The position numbers and the translations under genes were made by a program. From assembly GCA_036504815.1 (NCBI GenBank), contig DASXUN010000003.1, positions 220,784 through 284,783 on the forward strand: a stretch of 64,000 nt of DNA, written 5' to 3'. Position 1 is the first letter of the stretch, and each line of letters starts with the position of its first letter. Positions 59,404 to 64,000 of the stretch are shown here, piece by piece. The notes beneath the pieces were generated by a model. That model saw only the letters and a list, made by a program, of their open reading frames with translations. It did not search any database and was not told the origin of the DNA. This DNA is from Gemmatimonadaceae bacterium. Its GTDB lineage: Bacteria > Gemmatimonadota > Gemmatimonadetes > Gemmatimonadales > Gemmatimonadaceae.

Positions 59404-59508
59404 TGGCGGGCCCCGTCGTCGGCGAGGGTGCGGTGTAGAAGGGGCGCGGTCCGGCTGGGGGGGCGCGACCTGTGAATTCTAGCCGGTGTTCGACTATCTT
59501 ACGAGGCT

Positions 59509-61344
59509 ATGGAAATCCGCAACATTGCCATCATCGCGCACGTTGACCACGGCAAGACCACGCTCGTGGACAAGATGCTCCGCCAGTCCGGGGCATTTCG
59601 CGAAAATCAGGTCGTCGCCGAGCGCGTGATGGATTCGAACCCGCTCGAGCGCGAGCGGGGGATCACCATCCTCGCCAAGAACACGTCCATCCACTGGAAG
59701 GACACCAAGATCAACGTGGTGGACACGCCGGGGCATGCCGACTTCGGCGGCGAGGTGGAGCGCATCCTCCGGATGGTGGACGGGGTGCTCCTCGTGGTGG
59801 ACGCGTTCGACGGACCGATGCCGCAGACCCGCTTCGTGCTGCGCAAGGCGCTGGCGCTGGGCCGGCAGGTGATCGTCTGCATCAACAAGATCGACCGGCC
59901 GGGCGCCGACCCCATGCGCGTGCACGAGGAAGTGCTCGACCTGCTGATCGAGCTCGAGGCCAACGAGAACCAGCTCGACGCCCCCGTCGTCTACGCCTCG
60001 GCGCGCGAGGGGACGTCCACGATGGACATGGCCGTGCCGGCCGTGAACCTGACGCCGCTGTTCGACACCATCGTCAAGCACGTGCCGGCACCGCCACACG
60101 ACGCGGCCGGGGCGTTCCAGATGCTCATCTCGACCATCGACTACTCGAACTACCTCGGCCGCATGGCCATCGGCCGGATCGAGCGCGGCACGGTGCACGT
60201 GGGCGACACCGTGCACCTGCTGTCCGTGGACCACGAGAAGAAGCCCATCGTGGGCCGGGTGACCAAGCTCTACGGCTTCGAGGGGCTGGAGCGCGTCGAA
60301 ATGCCGCAGGCGTCGGCGGGCGAGATCGTCTGCCTGGCCGGCCTCGAGGGCGTGGAGATCGGCCTCACGATCACCGATCCCGAGCATCCCGAGCGGCTGG
60401 AGGGGATCGCGGTGGAGGAACCGACGATCTCGGTGGACTTCCTGGTCAACAACTCGCCGTTCGCGGGCCGCGACGGCAAGTATGTGACGTCGCGCCAGAT
60501 CAAGGAGCGGCTGGAGAAGGAACTCGAGCGCAACGTGGCGCTGCGGGTGGAGGACACCGACGCCACCGATACGTGGACGGTGAGCGGGCGCGGCGAGCTG
60601 CACCTCTCCATCCTGATGGAGACGATGCGGCGCGAGGGGTACGAGTTCCAGGTGTCGCGGCCGCGGGTGATCACTCACCTTGGGCCCAACGGCGAGCGGC
60701 TGGAACCGTACGAGGAGCTGGCCATCGACGTCCCCGAGGAGTTCATGGGGACGGTCATCGAGAAGCTGGGACCCCGCAAGGCCGAAATGCTCGAGATGAA
60801 GAATCCCGGGCAGGGGATGGTGCGCCTGCTCTACAAGATCCCGGCGCGCGGGCTGTTCGGGTACCGGAGCGAGTTCCTGACGGACACGCGGGGCACCGGC
60901 ATCATCCACCACCGCTTCCTGGAATACGGGGCGTGGGCGGGGGCGCTCGAGGGGCGCAGCCGCGGGGTGCTGGTGTCCATGGAGCACGGAACGATCGTCG
61001 CGTTCGCCCTGGGCAACCTGCAGGATCGCTCGACGCTGTTCGTGGCGCCCGGCGACGAGGTCTATGAAGGGATGGTGGTGGGCGAGAACTCCCGGCCGGG
61101 GGACATGGACGTCAACCCGACGAAGGAAAAGAAGCTGACGAACATGCGGTCGAAGTCGGCCGACGACGCCATCTCGCTGGAGCCGCCGCGGGTGTTGACG
61201 CTGGAAGGTGCGCTGGAGTATATCGAAGACGACGAGTTGATCGAGGTGACCCCGAAGTCGATTCGTCTGCGCAAGCGGAGCCTTCTCGCGACGGACCGCA
61301 AACGCAGTTCACGCGAAGCGAAGCGCGAACGCGCCTCGTCCTAA
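59509..61344 (+). CDS. typA: translational GTPase TypA/BipA
   Basis: [38 protein letters not shown]. 611 aa. Confidence 0.97.
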   Translation: MEIRNIAIIAHVDHGKTTLVDKMLRQSGAFRENQVVAERVMDSNPLERERGITILAKNTSIHWKDTKINVVDTPGHADFGGEVERILRMVDGVLLVVDAFDGPMPQTRFVLRKALALGRQVIVCINKIDRPGADPMRVHEEVLDLLIELEANENQLDAPVVYASAREGTSTMDMAVPAVNLTPLFDTIVKHVPAPPHDAAGAFQMLISTIDYSNYLGRMAIGRIERGTVHVGDTVHLLSVDHEKKPIVGRVTKLYGFEGLERVEMPQASAGEIVCLAGLEGVEIGLTITDPEHPERLEGIAVEEPTISVDFLVNNSPFAGRDGKYVTSRQIKERLEKELERNVALRVEDTDATDTWTVSGRGELHLSILMETMRREGYEFQVSRPRVITHLGPNGERLEPYEELAIDVPEEFMGTVIEKLGPRKAEMLEMKNPGQGMVRLLYKIPARGLFGYRSEFLTDTRGTGIIHHRFLEYGAWAGALEGRSRGVLVSMEHGTIVAFALGNLQDRSTLFVAPGDEVYEGMVVGENSRPGDMDVNPTKEKKLTNMRSKSADDAISLEPPRVLTLEGALEYIEDDELIEVTPKSIRLRKRSLLATDRKRSSREAKRERASS

Positions 61345-61375
61345 CCCATCCAGGCAGCACACGGAGCGCAGCATC

Positions 61376-61750
61376 ATGTCGGGCAAGTTGGCGTCGTCGC
61401 CGGTCGGCAAGGCTCTCGACGCGGACCTCATCACCCTCCTCGCGCTGCAGGCTGCGGCCCCCGAGGATGACGAAGCACTCTTCGACGACGACCTCGACGA
61501 AGACGACGAGTTCGATGACGAGGACGAGGACGACGACGACTCGGACGACGACCTCGAGGACGAGGAGGACGCCGTCGAGGACGAGGACGATCTCGACCTC
61601 GACGACGACGGCTTGCTGGATGACGAGGAGCTCGAGGCGCTGGACGACGACGAGCTCGACGAGTTGGACGACGACCTGATCGACCTGGACGACGAGTACG
61701 ACAACCTCGAGGACGATGACGAGCCGCGGGGCGGGGCGTTCGACGGGTAG
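61376..61750 (+). CDS. extremely acidic Asp/Glu-rich hypothetical protein (124 aa)
   Basis: ATG preceded by GGAG about 10 nt upstream. GAC/GAG codons throughout. Short non-acidic N-terminus MSGKLASSPVGKALDADLITLLALQAAAP. The antisense Ser-rich ORF is judged spurious. Confidence 0.5.
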   Translation: MSGKLASSPVGKALDADLITLLALQAAAPEDDEALFDDDLDEDDEFDDEDEDDDDSDDDLEDEEDAVEDEDDLDLDDDGLLDDEELEALDDDELDELDDDLIDLDDEYDNLEDDDEPRGGAFDG

Positions 61751-61892
61751 TGCCTGGGTGCGCGGGACCGGGCACGGTGTGGTGCAAGGGAAGGGGACGT
61801 GGTGGGAGGCGGGGATGTGCGAACTGCTTGTCCCGCCTTCGGTTGGCTGCCAGTTGACCCAGTCTCCGGAACTAGCGATACTTCAAGATTCT

Positions 61893-61966
<74 letters not shown>

Positions 61967-61998
61967 TTGGTACGACAACTCATTGCCCCGTTAGCGCT

Positions 61999-63261
61999 TC
62001 AGGCGCTGGCGGGGCGATGTGTTTTCTGGCCGATTGGCGGCGTGGTGTCCATTCGTGGTGTCCGTTCAACCGACACCAAACCGGCCGCGGTAAGGCTGCC
62101 GCGGCTCGCCAGCGCGGCGCGCAGCGTGACGTCATCGGCCCGCTGGTAACACTTGAGGATGGTTTGCGCTGATTTCCATCCGCCCAACTGGGCCAAGTCG
62201 CGCAACGGCGTGTTCTTCAGTTCCGTGGCGAACTTCCGCCGCAAGCTGTGCCATCCCCGGCCGGGCTCTGGCGCAATTCCTGACAGCGTTTCGAGCCGGT
62301 TCCACCAGGTACGTGCCCGATGCCGTGAAACAGGCTGCAGCGGGCGTTCTGGCGCCGGGAAGACCCATCCGTCGCCCAAGTGCGCGCGCTCGCGGCGCGC
62401 CTTCTTCAACCACTCAACGGCTTCGACCGACAGCGGCGTCTCGTGCGCCGAGCGCATTTTGTCGTGTTCCGCGCGCCAGCGCACGCGCGCATTGTCGAGC
62501 TCCAAGTCCGACCAGCGGAGCTGGAGTACTGCGCCGACCCGATGTCCTGTTTCATGCACGATCATCAGGAGCAACGGGCAGAGCGGCGACACGCGGGGTG
62601 CCACCGCCAACATCTTCTCGAACTCCTCGGCGACCAGTACCGGACGCCGCACGCTGGAGTCGGTAGGGAAGGGCAACTTGTCGAGCGGATTCCGCTCGAC
62701 CAGCTGCTTGCCCGTTCCATCGCCGGCTTGGGTCGCCCAGTTGAGAACGGCCCGCATGAACTTGAGGTCCTGGACGATCACGCGGCTCCGGACCTCACGC
62801 TTCTCCGGCTTCTGGTCCTCCTTGGCGGCCTTCCGTGGCCGCAGGTCGCCGTGCTCACGCCGCCAACCGACAAAACGGTCCCAATCGCGGCGGGAGAGGG
62901 TCATGAGCTCGCGGTGGACACCCCAGCACTCGCTGAAGCGCTTGGCCGCGCGCCGGTCGTGACCCTGCGCACTCTTTCCCTTCTGTGGTGTGACTTCGCG
63001 CAGGTAGATGTCAAACAGCGCCCCGAGTCGGAGGGCGCCAGCGGGCACCGTGCGGTGCTCGCGCAACGCCGACGCCGCGTTCTCCGCCGCCGTCTTGGCG
63101 GCCTCGATGTCCCGATGCCCAAGGGCGATACGGGTGCGGCGTCCGGCCTCCCTGAACTCCAGGAACATCCGACCGGTCACGGGATGGGCGAATGCCCGGA
63201 CCCGATTCCGGCCACGCTCGCCGGTGGTGAAGCTCCATTGCGTCGGTAGGTGTTCGTTCAT
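61999..63261 (-). CDS. int: tyrosine-type site-specific integrase
   Basis: Catalytic pattern ..HETGHRVGAV.. (Arg), WHSLRRKFAT (H-x-x-R), GGWKS..TILKCYQ (Tyr). N-terminal SAM-like core-binding region. Confidence 0.9.
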   Translation of the reverse strand: MNEHLPTQWSFTTGERGRNRVRAFAHPVTGRMFLEFREAGRRTRIALGHRDIEAAKTAAENAASALREHRTVPAGALRLGALFDIYLREVTPQKGKSAQGHDRRAAKRFSECWGVHRELMTLSRRDWDRFVGWRREHGDLRPRKAAKEDQKPEKREVRSRVIVQDLKFMRAVLNWATQAGDGTGKQLVERNPLDKLPFPTDSSVRRPVLVAEEFEKMLAVAPRVSPLCPLLLMIVHETGHRVGAVLQLRWSDLELDNARVRWRAEHDKMRSAHETPLSVEAVEWLKKARRERAHLGDGWVFPAPERPLQPVSRHRARTWWNRLETLSGIAPEPGRGWHSLRRKFATELKNTPLRDLAQLGGWKSAQTILKCYQRADDVTLRAALASRGSLTAAGLVSVERTPRMDTTPPIGQKTHRPASA

Positions 63262-63683
63262 CGTGAGGTTTCTCTGGAAACGTTCACGCTGGTACGAACA
63301 ACCTGCTCAGCCTTCGCGCCTAGAAGATGCACGCCAGCTGCCGACGCTGCCACTTGGCGCGCCTTAACCGGCAGGCAACGCCGAGCGATCCGCCACGTGC
63401 GTCCACGCCCCGTCGCCGGAATGGCTCCCTCGCGTGCGAGGCGGCGAAGATGAGCCGGGCTATATCCCGACACAGTCGCGGCCTGTGCCAACGTGAGTGA
63501 CTCATCCGGCGACTCGACGTCAATGCCGCAGAGGTCCGCGATGAACTGCTCGCACAGTGCGCAGCCCGACACGTGCGCCTCGACGGCGCGCAGCGCGTCC
63601 GCGGTCGCTCGCCATTTGGCGAGCAGTTCGGCGCGGCTCCGCGGTCGTGTTCGGTCTGGCGGACCACCGGCGGGCAGATGCAT
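63258..63683 (-). CDS. excisionase/MerR-like HTH DNA-binding protein
   Basis: 3' part of ORF 63258..63971. LTLAQAATVSGYSPAHLRRLAREGAIPATGRGRTWRI. Its stop overlaps the integrase ATG (ATGA). Start at ATG 63683 is inferred from a TGATG overlap with the upstream ORF. Confidence 0.62.
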   Translation of the reverse strand: MHLPAGGPPDRTRPRSRAELLAKWRATADALRAVEAHVSGCALCEQFIADLCGIDVESPDESLTLAQAATVSGYSPAHLRRLAREGAIPATGRGRTWRIARRCLPVKARQVAASAAGVHLLGAKAEQVVRTSVNVSRETSR

Positions 63684-64000
63684 CACACCCATTCCGAGAG
63701 CACGTCGTCGACTTCCTGCTCGACGCGCCGCTCCGTCCAGTCTGGACATACGACTTCGTCCAATCTCCGCCGAATGGCCTCGCGCGCCTCCAGAGCCGCA
63801 TAAGGGCCCCATAGCGCGGCGTCTCTTGTCTGCAACAGCGCATACGATCCGCCGTGCGAGAGCAGCTGGGAGCGCTGCACGCGTTGCCGAATCAATTCTG
63901 CAGCGGCCGCCGTCTTCGCCCGCTCCTCGGCCTTGCGCGTGGCGTGATGGCGATCGAGTATGGCGGCGCACTCCGCCTCGATCAGATGGAGCGGAACGCC
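63683..64000 (-). CDS. hypothetical protein of the integrated element (5' end outside the window)
   Basis: The frame of ORF 63683..63895 stays open to position 64000 (..GVPLHLIEAECAAILDRHHATRKAEERAKTAAAAELIRQRV..). I recognise no family. Confidence 0.4.
   Translation of the reverse strand, partial: GVPLHLIEAECAAILDRHHATRKAEERAKTAAAAELIRQRVQRSQLLSHGGSYALLQTRDAALWGPYAALEAREAIRRRLDEVVCPDWTERRVEQEVDDVLSEWV

Larger units (their letters stand above)
61967..64000. mobile_element. left end of an integrated element (tRNA-Ile-associated integrase module); extends beyond the window
   Basis: The integrase gene ends 32 nt from the tRNA 3' end. Upstream lie an overlapping excisionase-like HTH gene and a further overlapping gene. 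More A/T-ending codons are visible here than in the core genes. Confidence 0.7.

Overview
This is a GC-rich bacterial chromosomal segment with strong GC3 bias, many GTG starts and many long spurious antisense ORFs. I cannot assign a taxon from the sequence alone. I can support about 58 protein-coding genes and 2 tRNAs (Asn-GUU, Ile-GAU). There is no rRNA and no CRISPR array. Most of the window is core housekeeping: purEK, uvrA, mfd, lepA, typA, pckA, maeB, holB, moaC, surA-pdxA, ftsEX plus an EnvC-like M23 peptidase, nfo, a zinc-uptake cluster, a CDF exporter and pilT. The only clearly accessory DNA is at the right edge, where a tyrosine integrase, an excisionase-like HTH gene and a further gene abut tRNA-Ile; the element continues past position 64000. 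The items most worth a second look are these. (1) A translationally coupled trio at 36891-38643, consisting of a STAS-fused GHKL kinase, a STAS-like plus winged-helix protein and a stand-alone small beta-barrel protein. It resembles a partner-switching module without a sigma factor and sits inside a 10.7-kb envelope/division operon. (2) Two tandem paralogs at 57636-59403 that combine a polytopic membrane domain, a coiled coil and an unassigned C-terminal Cys/His module. (3) Unusual non-coding architecture, comprising three classes. One is a low-GC inverted repeat whose arms are 11-bp tandem repeats (11812-11954). Another is a 172-nt imperfect palindrome carrying CACGGAG heptamers (43506-43677). 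The third is two related families of 7-bp-phased short tandem repeats, GATGGCG-type and GGATT/AATCC-type, scattered through intergenic regions, once in frame inside uvrA. All calls rest on reading the translations and sequence by eye. No database search was possible, and start codons are best guesses.
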